A stretch of 64,000 bases of DNA from Trueperaceae bacterium (lineage in GTDB: Bacteria; Deinococcota; Deinococci; Deinococcales; Trueperaceae), in assembly GCA_020431825.1 (NCBI GenBank), contig JAGQHN010000008.1, positions 6,167 to 70,166 of the forward strand, in the 5' to 3' direction. The notes below the pieces were generated by a model. The model searched no databases. It saw nothing but the letters and a program-made list of their open reading frames with translations, and was not told where the DNA came from. Of this stretch, positions 19,161 to 28,457 are shown one piece after another. Numbering within the stretch: the first letter of the stretch is position 1; each line of letters starts with the position of its first letter. Position numbers and translations under genes: made by a program.

Positions 19161-19676
19161 TTAATGGCAAACCCAGGAACTGCTTGCCAGAACTCGCTCA
19201 CCCTGCTCGTCAAAAAGATAGGCAACAAATGAGCCTCGCTGGCTGACTGGGTCAAAAGAAAGCTCACCCTCGGTTGCGGTAAAAGTTTGATAAATACCCT
19301 CTTGACCCAGGAGATGAAGGCTCAGGGGATAAGTTGCTCCCAGGGTAAATACTGCTGCTTTACTAAGCGTTTTTGGAAACTCAAAGGTCCAGCTAAGTCC
19401 GTAGATTTCAGGGGTGGCAGGTTGACTAAAACGAAAACTGGTATCTGTACAAGCGAACATGGCACTCGTTTCTTCGCTATCGAGTAATAAGTTGGCCTGT
19501 ACCGCACCTGAAAGAGCAAGGGTGAGATGAGGTTGAGCTAAAAAGTTAGCTTGGGGCGTTTTAACCGTGTAGGCAAGTAAGCTTATGCCCCCGACCAAAA
19601 TAAGTACGAAACTAATCAGAATAAGGAAAGGCTGTAACCAGACAACAAAAGCTTGTTTACGAGGAAGATAAATCAT
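19161..19676 (-). CDS. hypothetical membrane-anchored protein
   Basis: 171 aa with a single N-terminal TM segment. Divergent from the LysR gene. No recognisable family. Confidence 0.5.
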   Translation of the reverse strand: MIYLPRKQAFVVWLQPFLILISFVLILVGGISLLAYTVKTPQANFLAQPHLTLALSGAVQANLLLDSEETSAMFACTDTSFRFSQPATPEIYGLSWTFEFPKTLSKAAVFTLGATYPLSLHLLGQEGIYQTFTATEGELSFDPVSQRGSFVAYLFDEQGERVLASSSWVCH

Positions 19677-19750
19677 GTGTAACCTCCTGCACCTAGCTTA
19701 GAAAAGCAAGCGAAAACTATCAAAAAGGGTTCTTGATATAAGGCAGGTCA

Positions 19751-19771
19751 TCTATAAACAAAACTTATAGA
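19751..19771. promoter_or_regulatory. LysR-type T-N11-A box TCTATAA-N7-TTATAGA
   Basis: 7-bp perfect inverted arms with a 7-nt spacer in the divergent spacer. Overlaps the putative -35 element of the LysR gene. Confidence 0.55.
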
Positions 19772-19802
19772 TAATTTAAGGGGCAGCCTTTAGACTAGTG
19801 TT

Positions 19803-20750
19803 ATGAAACTTTCGCAGCTTAAAGGATTCCTGGCAGTCGTGGACTCGAGCAGCTTTTCTGAGGCGGCGCTAGACCTGGGAGTTTCGCAGGCTGCTATAAG
19901 TCACTCGGTCGCTGAACTCGAGAACGAACTGGGCATTAAGCTCTTAGACCGAGGTCGTTTTGGTGCTAGACCTACTAGGGCAGCGCTCGGCATTATTGAG
20001 CACGCCCGTAAAATCCTGCAAAGTGAAGCCGCTATAAATCAGGAAGTTGCCCTGCATAAAGGGCTGGTAAAGGGGCGTCTACGCGTCGGCGTCTTTCATA
20101 GTGTGGCCTATCACCTCATGCCACCTCTCATGAAGCGGCTAGGAGAAAAGTATCCGCAGCTAGACATAGTAATGTTTGAACCCGTAATGCCCAATTCTCA
20201 AAGTTGTATTTATACCTACGTGGAAATCTTACAAAAATCGGAAGTGGACGCTTCCTTTATCCATTTATCAACACCAAACACGCCCAAGATGGAAAATGTG
20301 CTTTCCTGGAAACTCTTTACCGACCCTTATGTTGCAGTGGTACCTCAGGAGTTTAGCCGAAACCGCCTAAGCCTGAAGGATTTGCAGGATTATCCGATTA
20401 TTGTTGAAGCAGAAAAAGCCTGTGAGGAAACCATCAGTGACTTTTTACGGCAGGAAGCCCCTGGGGTAACGCCAAAATATTTTATTCAGGATGAAGCTGC
20501 CCTGTTAAACATGACTGCGCAGGGTCTTGGGATTTCAATCTTGGCAAAGCTGGCGATTACTCATTTACCGGCAGGCTTGCGAATTGTAGATTTACCTACA
20601 CCACTCGAGCGCACTATAGCCATTGGGGTTCACAGTGCTAACTTTAAAGTACCAGCTGTGAGGGCTTTTTTGTCTGTTTTAAAAGAGTTTTATCCAGAGA
20701 GTGAATTACCCAGTCTGTCGCTAGGTAAAGAAGTGGTTGAGCAGGCTTAA
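19803..20750 (+). CDS. LysR family transcriptional regulator
   Basis: N-terminal HTH (FSEAALDLGVSQAAISHSVAELE). -10-like TAGACT at 19791-19796 lies 6 nt before the ATG, with no Shine-Dalgarno sequence. Confidence 0.85.
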   Translation: MKLSQLKGFLAVVDSSSFSEAALDLGVSQAAISHSVAELENELGIKLLDRGRFGARPTRAALGIIEHARKILQSEAAINQEVALHKGLVKGRLRVGVFHSVAYHLMPPLMKRLGEKYPQLDIVMFEPVMPNSQSCIYTYVEILQKSEVDASFIHLSTPNTPKMENVLSWKLFTDPYVAVVPQEFSRNRLSLKDLQDYPIIVEAEKACEETISDFLRQEAPGVTPKYFIQDEAALLNMTAQGLGISILAKLAITHLPAGLRIVDLPTPLERTIAIGVHSANFKVPAVRAFLSVLKEFYPESELPSLSLGKEVVEQA

Positions 20751-21323
20751 GGAGAAGGCTCGAGGCTTAGCTAATATCTCATTGGCTAAAACAATGATGA
20801 TCTAACCATTCTTTCCAAGGGTAATTGAAACACTTGCAAGTTTACTAGCATTTTCACACCTCATTGAGACAAGCGTTTGCAATCACCCATTGTGAATACG
20901 GAAAAAGTGTCTCAATGAATCTTGAAACTGCTATGCGTTAACGATCAGCAAGTTTGGCAGCCTTTGCATTGGCTTAGGTGACAATCTCAGGTTTGCGAAA
21001 AGACTCATCCATATATTCAGAAGTGGTCAACTGGGTTTTTAGACTGTCTGCCCTAATTCACTTTCACAAATCTTTAAATTAGGTCCCAGACCGATCCCTC
21101 AGCAATTAGCCTAGGGCTAACAGATTACTTCTCAAAACTTATTAAGACGATGCTAAGCTAGCACGATAGTGTTGCCGAAGTAAATGAGTAAAAACCAAGT
21201 GCCGAATTGTCAATATCAGTCGGGCAATGGTTTAGCGCCTCCTAGAGTTGAAGGCAACAGATACGTTCGCTCCAAAAATCCAATCCGTTATTGTAGCTTT
21301 TTTCTCTTAGCTTGCTAAATTAG

Positions 21324-22082
21324 CTAAGCTTGAAAAAATCTTTTATGTAAATAAGGTTGTAAAAGCAGTCCATTTAAATCGATCAGAGCATGAACAAGCA
21401 TAACCAGCCAGATATTTCCCGTCGCAAGATAAAGCACAGTAAACGCTGCGCCTAAAAGGGTCGTAATCATAATGCCGGCCCAGCCCTGATAAAAGTGTGC
21501 CAAGCCAAAGAGTAAAGCAGCCAAAACCAGCGCCAAGATGGCCTGCTTAAAAACCAGGTAAAAAAGCAGGGGTAACAATAAACGAAAAAAAAGTTCCTCA
21601 CTAAATCCAGCATTTATGGCCAGCAGAGCTGCCCAAAAACCCTCCGCCTTATTTCTAGGAAAAAACGCCTCTACATCGCCAACAATAAGCGGCTTTTGGG
21701 GCTTTTTCTTTTTCAGCAGGATGCCAAGCACTACACCAAGCAGAATCCCTCCAAATATAGCGCCAATGAGTAAGCCTGAAACAAAGCTGCCCCCTTCCGA
21801 AGCAGAATTATCTGTAAGGGTAAAAAAGTTGTTGGATATCAGAGTGCTAAAAGCAGAATACAGGGAGCTTAATAGCCGTCCCTGGCCCATTAATAGAAGG
21901 CTAAGTATACTCGAGCATCCAAACAGCAAAAAAGACTCGAGTAACCACTTCTTGTACATGCGTTGTCTGTCAGAACTTGACACTAAAGCCTTAAAAGCTT
22001 CAAATTCTCGTTTATCTTGTCGCATGCGAAAAAGTAAAATACCCACAAATACAGGTAAAAGCAGGTAGGCTAACCAATCCAT
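21324..22082 (-). CDS. CPBP family intramembrane glutamic endopeptidase (CAAX protease-like)
   Basis: Motifs SEELFFR, FGLAHF and HALIDLNG. Confidence 0.8.
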   Translation of the reverse strand: MDWLAYLLLPVFVGILLFRMRQDKREFEAFKALVSSSDRQRMYKKWLLESFLLFGCSSILSLLLMGQGRLLSSLYSAFSTLISNNFFTLTDNSASEGGSFVSGLLIGAIFGGILLGVVLGILLKKKKPQKPLIVGDVEAFFPRNKAEGFWAALLAINAGFSEELFFRLLLPLLFYLVFKQAILALVLAALLFGLAHFYQGWAGIMITTLLGAAFTVLYLATGNIWLVMLVHALIDLNGLLLQPYLHKRFFQA

Positions 22083-22916
22083 TTATGAGCCTTTTTCGTC
22101 AGCATTGTTACGTTGTCTCCTCTACTTATTGCCCGAAGCCATTTTACTTGCTGCAGGTAATCGTCTTAACCACCACATACTGATAAAACCAAAGACTGGC
22201 CCCAGTGCCAAAATCATAAAAGCGTAGCGCCAACTAAGCCAAGCTTCTAAAGGTGGAATCATCCGAATGGTAAAGAGCGTTAGCAAAAAACCCATACTGG
22301 TTTGCATGGGTGCGCCAAGAAGCGCATATTTGTAATGTGTCTGATGACACCTTTAGGAGATTAGCAGCCTAATGAACCGTTGGGGCGTAGCCACTATATA
22401 CTCACGTAGAGGTGAAATAGCTGCCCCTGAAAGGCGGGTTGAGAGTCAACAGCAGACTCAAGATGACTCCGCTTGGTTGAGGAATGATATGATTAGTAAA
22501 GCGAACATCGGTCTAGTCGGGATACCCAGCTCCAGTCGAAACGCTGTTGGAGTCAATAAAATGACTCAAACGACTGTACGCACTCCTGCACCATCTACCA
22601 TGCTTGGCGCAGGACATCACATGGCCGTGGATGACAACCCTTACGCTAATTTGGGAAGTCTGTGCGTAGACACTCTCAACCTGAGAGCTAAAAGACATAC
22701 GATGAATCTAAGTCATTCCGTTACAGTACAAATATGTGAACTTGGGAAGGTTATGCGGGGAGTCATGAGTATGACAATGAAGCGCATAACTGGCGGAGCC
22801 GCCGTAGTAGTCCGAGACAGGGAAAGCCTGTTACAAGGCAACTTGCCATGGCGAAGGGCGGCAGTCCGAAACCTCTCTAATGCAAAGGTACTTAATGAAC
22901 AAGTTGGTGAATATCA

Positions 22917-24623
22917 ATGAATATTAAGGAAATGCAAAAGAGACTTAGTTTCTGGAGTATGGAAGGCAAAAAGATGAATAATGTCTACAACCTTCTCTAC
23001 GACAGAACATTCTTAGAGGCCGCTGCTAACAAAGTGTTAAGCAATGCTGGCAGCATAACGGCAGGATGTGATGGCATCGACAGATACGTCTTCGACAGAG
23101 ACTTCGACTATCAAATAAACAAGATAGCCGAAGAACTCAGAGAAGGAACTTTCGAGCCATACCCGGTACGGAGAGTCAATATTCCCAAAACAAACGGGAA
23201 ATTAAGACCTCTAGGTATCCCATCCCTCAGAGACAGGGTAGTACAGGAAGTGCTCCGCATGGTACTGGAACCCATCTTTGAACCTCAATTCAGCGAAAAC
23301 TCATTCGGCTTTAGGCCAAACAGGAACACTATTCAGGCCATCAAATATCTGACCCATTACCAGTCTGCGCAAAGCAAGTATTACTGGGCCGTTGAAGGGG
23401 ATATTCAGTCCTACTTCGACACGGTTAACCACCGCAAACTCAGCAAGCTTGTAGGGCGCCGGGTAACGGATAAGAAAGTTCTTGACCTGATATGGAAATT
23501 CCTAAGAGCGGGTGTTATGGAGAAAAGGTTATTCAAGAATACTGAAAGCGGCGTGCCGCAAGGAGGCATCTTGAGCCCCTTATTAGCCAATATCTACCTG
23601 AATGAGCTAGACCAGTTTGTTGGACATGAACTTGGAGCCAACTTCACAAGAACTCAGATATACTACCGCCAAGGCAAAGGGTTACCTACCTTCGGCTACG
23701 TAAGATACGCTGACGACTTCGTGCTAGTGGTAAGAGGTACAAAACAACAGGCCCAGGAAGCCAAAGACACTGTCATTAACTTCCTGACGGAAAAGCTCAA
23801 GCTCACGGTCGCGCCAGAAAAAACCAAGCTGACACACATTGCAGAAGGCTATGAGTTCCTTGGTTATGAATTGCTGAGAAGAGACATGGGATACGGTACA
23901 TTCAGCACGTCAACCTATATACCTATGAAAGCGTCCAAGAAAGCGCTAGCTAAACTAGAGCAAATGCTGGACAAAGCAACGTATAACCACTCTGTTATCG
24001 ATAAGATAAGAGCGGTTAATGCGTTCACCACGGGGTGGTGCAATTACTACAAGTACGCCAATAATAGCACAGTAGTGTTTAATTGGCTGAGTGATAAAAC
24101 GCATCATCTGTTTGCACACTGGCTAGCTAGAAAGCAGAAAAGCACAATTGCAAAGCTCTACGCAAGCAACGTGTACAAGGACACCAACTGGGTATATCAA
24201 GGGTTTACACTGAAACGGGCCACAACCATTAAAAGGGTAAGTATGCGACAAGTGAAATTCAAAGACATTCTCAATCCCTACCTAGACGAAGGATTGATTG
24301 TCAGAGAAGAATTACTTGTTTCGGACAAAGCCTGGGGCGGCAGCTCAAAACGCCGCACCGCCGACCTCCGCATGACCGTATTGCAAGAACAAGGTTTTGA
24401 ATGTAACCACTGTCATAAAGAATTAAGCTTTGAGACAGCAGAATTGCATCATAAAAGCCCATTCAAGCGGTACAAGAACGTGGACTCTGCTAACCTCAGA
24501 GAAAACGTCGAAGCGTTATGCAAAGAATGTCATTTAACAGAAACTAGGAAATTTCGGATGGAAAGCCGGATGCAGGGAAACTTGCACGTCCGGTTTGGAG
24601 GAGAGGGTGAGCCTAATGGTTAA
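22917..24623 (+). CDS. group II intron reverse transcriptase/maturase with HNH endonuclease domain
   Basis: RT motifs (GVPQGGILSPLLANIYL, RYADDFVLVV), maturase X domain (TGWCNYYKYAN) and En domain (CNHCH...HHK...CKECH). The 3' end of the ORF reads through domain V. Confidence 0.9.
   Translation: MNIKEMQKRLSFWSMEGKKMNNVYNLLYDRTFLEAAANKVLSNAGSITAGCDGIDRYVFDRDFDYQINKIAEELREGTFEPYPVRRVNIPKTNGKLRPLGIPSLRDRVVQEVLRMVLEPIFEPQFSENSFGFRPNRNTIQAIKYLTHYQSAQSKYYWAVEGDIQSYFDTVNHRKLSKLVGRRVTDKKVLDLIWKFLRAGVMEKRLFKNTESGVPQGGILSPLLANIYLNELDQFVGHELGANFTRTQIYYRQGKGLPTFGYVRYADDFVLVVRGTKQQAQEAKDTVINFLTEKLKLTVAPEKTKLTHIAEGYEFLGYELLRRDMGYGTFSTSTYIPMKASKKALAKLEQMLDKATYNHSVIDKIRAVNAFTTGWCNYYKYANNSTVVFNWLSDKTHHLFAHWLARKQKSTIAKLYASNVYKDTNWVYQGFTLKRATTIKRVSMRQVKFKDILNPYLDEGLIVREELLVSDKAWGGSSKRRTADLRMTVLQEQGFECNHCHKELSFETAELHHKSPFKRYKNVDSANLRENVEALCKECHLTETRKFRMESRMQGNLHVRFGGEGEPNG
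24563..24596 (+). ncRNA. group II intron domain V
   Basis: AAGCCGGAUGCAGG-GAAA-CUUGCACGUCCGGUUU: 34 nt with the AGC triad, a 2-nt AC bulge and a GAAA tetraloop. Confidence 0.85.
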
Positions 24624-25690
24624 ACCATGCAACTTGCTCTTATCCTACTCAGCGCTGTACCCACATAGCGGGCATCACTAAGTTCGCTCACCGCGGTACT
24701 GAACTGAGCACTGTCTGCGACCACTGCAAACCCCCAAATCAGACAGAGCAAGGTGAGAAAAACAGGAGAATTAAAGAAAAACCCGGCTACCAGGGCTATG
24801 CTTCCTGAAATCACCAAACTTATCATTGTTATACGTGTGCGGCCCAGGCGGTCAGCGAGCTTGCCAGCCAGTAAACTTCCGAGACCGCCTACAGCAATGA
24901 CACTAAAACCAGCCAACCTGGCAGCCGCGGTACCTAGACCTGCCCTCTCATAGCTTGCGAGTAAGAAAAGGGGTACCCAGGCCCACATGGCATAAAGTTC
25001 CCACATATGCCCTAAATAACCAAAATTTGCCAACCTGACGCCTTTGTCAGAGAAAGCTTTACCTGCTAAGCGCCAGTTGAACTGTGCAGCTTTGCCCAGA
25101 TAAGGCCCTTCCCTTACAAACAAGATGCTAATGATCGCTGAGATGATTGCTAGAGCTGAGGCTAAAAACAGTACCAGACGCCAGTTAGGTACGGTTCCTG
25201 ACCCTGTGAGTTCAGGGATGACATTGAGCAGATGAGGCGAAGCCGAGCCAATCGTAAGTGCCCCAACCAGCAAACCTATACCAAAGCCGCGGTCTTCTTT
25301 GCACCAGGTTGCCATGAGTTTCATGCCCGGTGGGTAAACGCCCGCCAGACTAATGCCCGTGAGAAAACGAAGAATGAGCGCGGGGCCAATGTCATTGACA
25401 CTCAGTGCAATCAGGGCATTAAAGCTCGAGCCCAAAAAGGCACTCACTGTAAAAAGGACCCTGGCACTCACCCTGTCTGCCAGATTAAGCACAGCACTTG
25501 CCAGTGCCCCAACCACAAAGCCAATCTGCACACTCATGGTCAGCCAGGACTTTTCTGCCCCTGTCAGATTCCAGGCAAGCGTTAATTGTGGGATGACTGC
25601 CGAAGCTGAAAACCACAGGGCCATAGCAAAAAGCTCTGCCAGAGCTAAGAGATAAAGGCTTTGACGTTTCCCCGGAAGGCGTGTCACAAA

Positions 25691-26725
25691 TTAGTAAAGC
25701 TTGACCGGCGAAGGGTTACGTTCCTGAAAGGGTCGCTGATGCCAGTAGGGGTAAATCGGCGTGGTCTGGCTGACTTTATCCAGCCTGGCCATTTGCTCGG
25801 GGCTTAGATTCCAGCCAACAGCACCAAGATTTTGTCGCAACTGTTCTTCATCTCTTGCACCGATAATGAGGCTCGAGACCGTTGGGCGCTGAAGCAGCCA
25901 GTTTAGCGCCACCTGCGTTACCGTTTTATCCAACTCTTCTGCCAGTTCAAAAAGTACGTCGACCACATCAAAAAGCAGCTCATCAGGCACCGGGGGCGCA
26001 CTTTTTAGGGTTACATGCAAACGACTCTCGGCGGGTAATTCCTGACCTCGGCGCAGCTTGCCTGTTAGCCTTCCCCAACCCAAAGGACTCCAGACAATGG
26101 TGCCCACCTTTTGATCAAGTGCCAGCGGCATAAGCTCCCACTCGTACTCGCGGCCTACCAGCGAGTAGTAGGCCTGATGCCCGGCGTAGCGCGACCAGCC
26201 AAAACGGTCAGAGGTAGCTAAAGATTTCATAAGATGCCAACCCGAGAAATTGGAGCAGGCAATATAACGAACCATGCCCTTTCGCACCAGTTCATCTAAG
26301 GTTTTAAGCACTTCTTCTACCGGGGTAAGGGCATCAAAACCATGCAGGGTATAAATATCAATGTAGTCGGTGCCCAGTCGTTTTAAGCTTGCCTCACAGG
26401 ACTTAATCAGGTGATAGCGTGACGAACCCAGATCATTGGGACCATCTCCCATGCGAAAGGTGGCCTTGGTTGAAAGGAGCACCTTGTCACGCCGACCTTT
26501 GATGGCCTGACCCAAAATTTCTTCTGACAACCCCTGCGAATAAGTATCGGCAGTGTCAAACATGTTAACGCCCGCCTCGAGACAGATATCGAGAAGCTTA
26601 TTGGCCTCTGCCACATCCGTACTGCCCCAGGCTTTGAAAAACTCTCCACGTCCGCCAAAGGTTGCAGTTCCAAAGGATAGGGCTGGCACTTTCAAGCCCG
26701 AACCACCAAGTTGCCGGTATTCCAT
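25691..26725 (-). CDS. aldo/keto reductase
   Basis: MEYRQLGGSGLKVPALSFGT N-terminus, FDTADTYS and IDIYTLHG. Confidence 0.85.
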   Translation of the reverse strand: MEYRQLGGSGLKVPALSFGTATFGGRGEFFKAWGSTDVAEANKLLDICLEAGVNMFDTADTYSQGLSEEILGQAIKGRRDKVLLSTKATFRMGDGPNDLGSSRYHLIKSCEASLKRLGTDYIDIYTLHGFDALTPVEEVLKTLDELVRKGMVRYIACSNFSGWHLMKSLATSDRFGWSRYAGHQAYYSLVGREYEWELMPLALDQKVGTIVWSPLGWGRLTGKLRRGQELPAESRLHVTLKSAPPVPDELLFDVVDVLFELAEELDKTVTQVALNWLLQRPTVSSLIIGARDEEQLRQNLGAVGWNLSPEQMARLDKVSQTTPIYPYWHQRPFQERNPSPVKLY

Positions 26726-26789
26726 AGCACGCCTCCTAAAGGTCTTGGCTATTGTACCGTTTGGCCTGGGGCCTTTAAGTCGTTAAGGC

Positions 26790-28307
26790 TCAGGCCAAAT
26801 GACCTAAAATAACCTCAACCTTTACACCATATGCCTCGGCAAACAGGTCCTTACGGTCATTGGCTTCTCTCAGTTCAATATAGGCATCACCCTGCGCTAA
26901 GGCCTCAATTTGCACAAAGCCCTCACCGATATGACAGCGCAGATCCTTGATGCGCTGCGACTTGCTGCGCTCGAGATATTCGGCCAGGCGTAACAGGGCC
27001 GCCAGCTTGCCCAGCCTTGCCATATCATCCTCTTGTAAAAGCGCGTCATAGCCCTGGCTCGAGGGACTGCCTTTACGGTGATAGCGGCACAGCAAGCCAA
27101 TAAGCGCCTGCTCACGGTGACTAAAGCCCGGCAAGGCCGCGCTCATGACTAAAAAAAGTCCATGCTTATGATGATCGTAGTAATTAACCGCCATGCCAAT
27201 GTCATGAATTAGCGCTGCGTGTCCCAAAAGCTCCCGCTCCCAATCACCATACTGATGCAGTGAACAGAGTTCATCAAAAAGCTTTAAGCTTAATACTTTG
27301 ACGTGCTCATTATGAGCAGGCCGATCATAATAGCGCTGTGCGAGGTTGGCGATGCTGAAACCACGGACATCGTCTAGTAAATGCGGCTCGTCGGGCATAA
27401 GTTCGGTAAAGAATAGACCTTCGCGTAGACCCATACCGCTTATGATCATTTCAGCAGCACCAGAAAACTCGAGCGCTTCTAAAACCACAATGCCACCCGC
27501 CGTTATGATGTCTGCCCGGTCACTATTTAGACCAGAAATGTCGCGCTTTTCCACTACAGTTTTTTCAACTAGATCTTCAACGATTTCGGCAAGATCTGAC
27601 TTTTTCAGCACATAATCGTGCAATATATCCAGCACATAATTCTCGCGCTTTTTCTGCACATCCGCGAGATTGCGAATCGTTCCCCCTATGCCAATAACAG
27701 GCAGCTCTTTGGGCAAATCAGCAAAGAAGCCTTCGGCCTGACTGCGCGTCTCTTTAAGCAGCGCCTTGACTTCTTTTTTCTTTACCGGATCATGCTGCAA
27801 AAACTGTTCTGTAGCGGTAACCGCACCAAGCGGCCAGGAGGCAGCCTTTACAAACTTTCGGCCTTGCATGAGGCTGACCTCGAGACTACCCCCACCAATA
27901 TCAAAAATGATGGCATCAGGATATGGCAAGCTATTGGCGACCGCTAGGGTACCCATTCTGGCTTCAGCGTCCCCGGGCAAAAGCTCGAGCTCTAAGCCAG
28001 CCCGCTCTCTGGCTGACCGCAGAAAGCTCTCGCCATTTTGGGCTTCGCGCACGGCACTGGTCGCTGTCGCTCTAATTTTGGCTATCCCGGCAGCGTCACA
28101 GTAGGTTTTAAAAGAAACTAAGGTCTGCAGGGCGCGCTCATAAGCGTCTGCACGAATGATCTTACCCTCACCCATGCCTTCAGAAAGGCGCACCACCTCC
28201 CGAAGTTCATCAACCAGTTGATAGTGCTTTTTAGCTTCATAAGCAAATACCACCAGCCGCGCGGTATTTGACCCCAGATCAATAATGGCAATACGCTCTT
28301 CTGGCAT
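26790..28307 (-). CDS. Ppx/GppA family phosphatase (exopolyphosphatase-like) with C-terminal HD domain
   Basis: IDLGSNTARLVV ASKHA N-terminus, DIGGGS, and HDIG in the C-terminal domain. Confidence 0.85.
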   Translation of the reverse strand: MPEERIAIIDLGSNTARLVVFAYEAKKHYQLVDELREVVRLSEGMGEGKIIRADAYERALQTLVSFKTYCDAAGIAKIRATATSAVREAQNGESFLRSARERAGLELELLPGDAEARMGTLAVANSLPYPDAIIFDIGGGSLEVSLMQGRKFVKAASWPLGAVTATEQFLQHDPVKKKEVKALLKETRSQAEGFFADLPKELPVIGIGGTIRNLADVQKKRENYVLDILHDYVLKKSDLAEIVEDLVEKTVVEKRDISGLNSDRADIITAGGIVVLEALEFSGAAEMIISGMGLREGLFFTELMPDEPHLLDDVRGFSIANLAQRYYDRPAHNEHVKVLSLKLFDELCSLHQYGDWERELLGHAALIHDIGMAVNYYDHHKHGLFLVMSAALPGFSHREQALIGLLCRYHRKGSPSSQGYDALLQEDDMARLGKLAALLRLAEYLERSKSQRIKDLRCHIGEGFVQIEALAQGDAYIELREANDRKDLFAEAYGVKVEVILGHLA

Positions 28308-28457
28308 GAACCCAGTATGTCATAGATGAGTCGGTGCCCAAGCCAAAGGCAAAAGTAAATCCATTTCAAATGAAGATACCTTCATGAAGCCAATTTCAAG
28401 AATTCTTTTATTCTTTTCAAGTTTGCTTTGCTAGGCTTAGGCTCCAAAGGAGGATGC

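Larger units (their letters stand above)
22310..24648 (+). mobile_element. group II intron with an RT-maturase-HNH intron-encoded protein
   Basis: 5' GUGCG at 22310. Canonical domain V at 24563-24596 and domain VI with a bulged A at 24642. The 3' end ...CCUAC is at 24648. The encoded protein has YADD, GWCNYY and HNH motifs. Confidence 0.85.
22122..25687 (-). pseudogene. MFS transporter gene split by an antisense group II intron (exon parts 25687-24649 and 22309-22122)
   Basis: The N-terminal ORF runs into the intron and ends ...YVGTALSRIRASCMV. Joining 24649 to 22309 gives ...YVGTAL-T-MQTSMGFLLT in frame, 1227 nt in total. Confidence 0.8.

Noticed and set aside
20751-21323. Possible tRNA or other classical RNA gene in the long ORF-free spacer
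   Set aside because: I could find no T-loop (GGTTCRANYC) or acceptor-stem pattern, nor any rRNA-like sequence by eye. I kept it only as an unexplained structured spacer.
21616-22068. 150-aa plus-strand ORF
   Set aside because: It is an antisense shadow of the CPBP protease gene, which has clear family motifs on the minus strand. The same reasoning rejects 28956-29507, 40401-40871, 42363-42797, 46140-46493 and the many other 60-120-aa antisense ORFs in the track.
22372-22920. 182-aa plus-strand ORF just upstream of the reverse transcriptase gene
   Set aside because: It lies in the region expected to form ribozyme domains I-III of the group II intron. It has no recognisable protein motif, and it ends where the RT ORF begins. 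It is most likely a chance ORF in structured RNA.
22917-24623. The reverse transcriptase as a retron, DGR or defence-associated RT
   Set aside because: A canonical group II 5' end (GUGCG), domains V and VI, a maturase X domain and exact exon-junction reconstruction identify it as a group II intron protein. There is no msr/msd-like repeat or template/variable repeat pair nearby.
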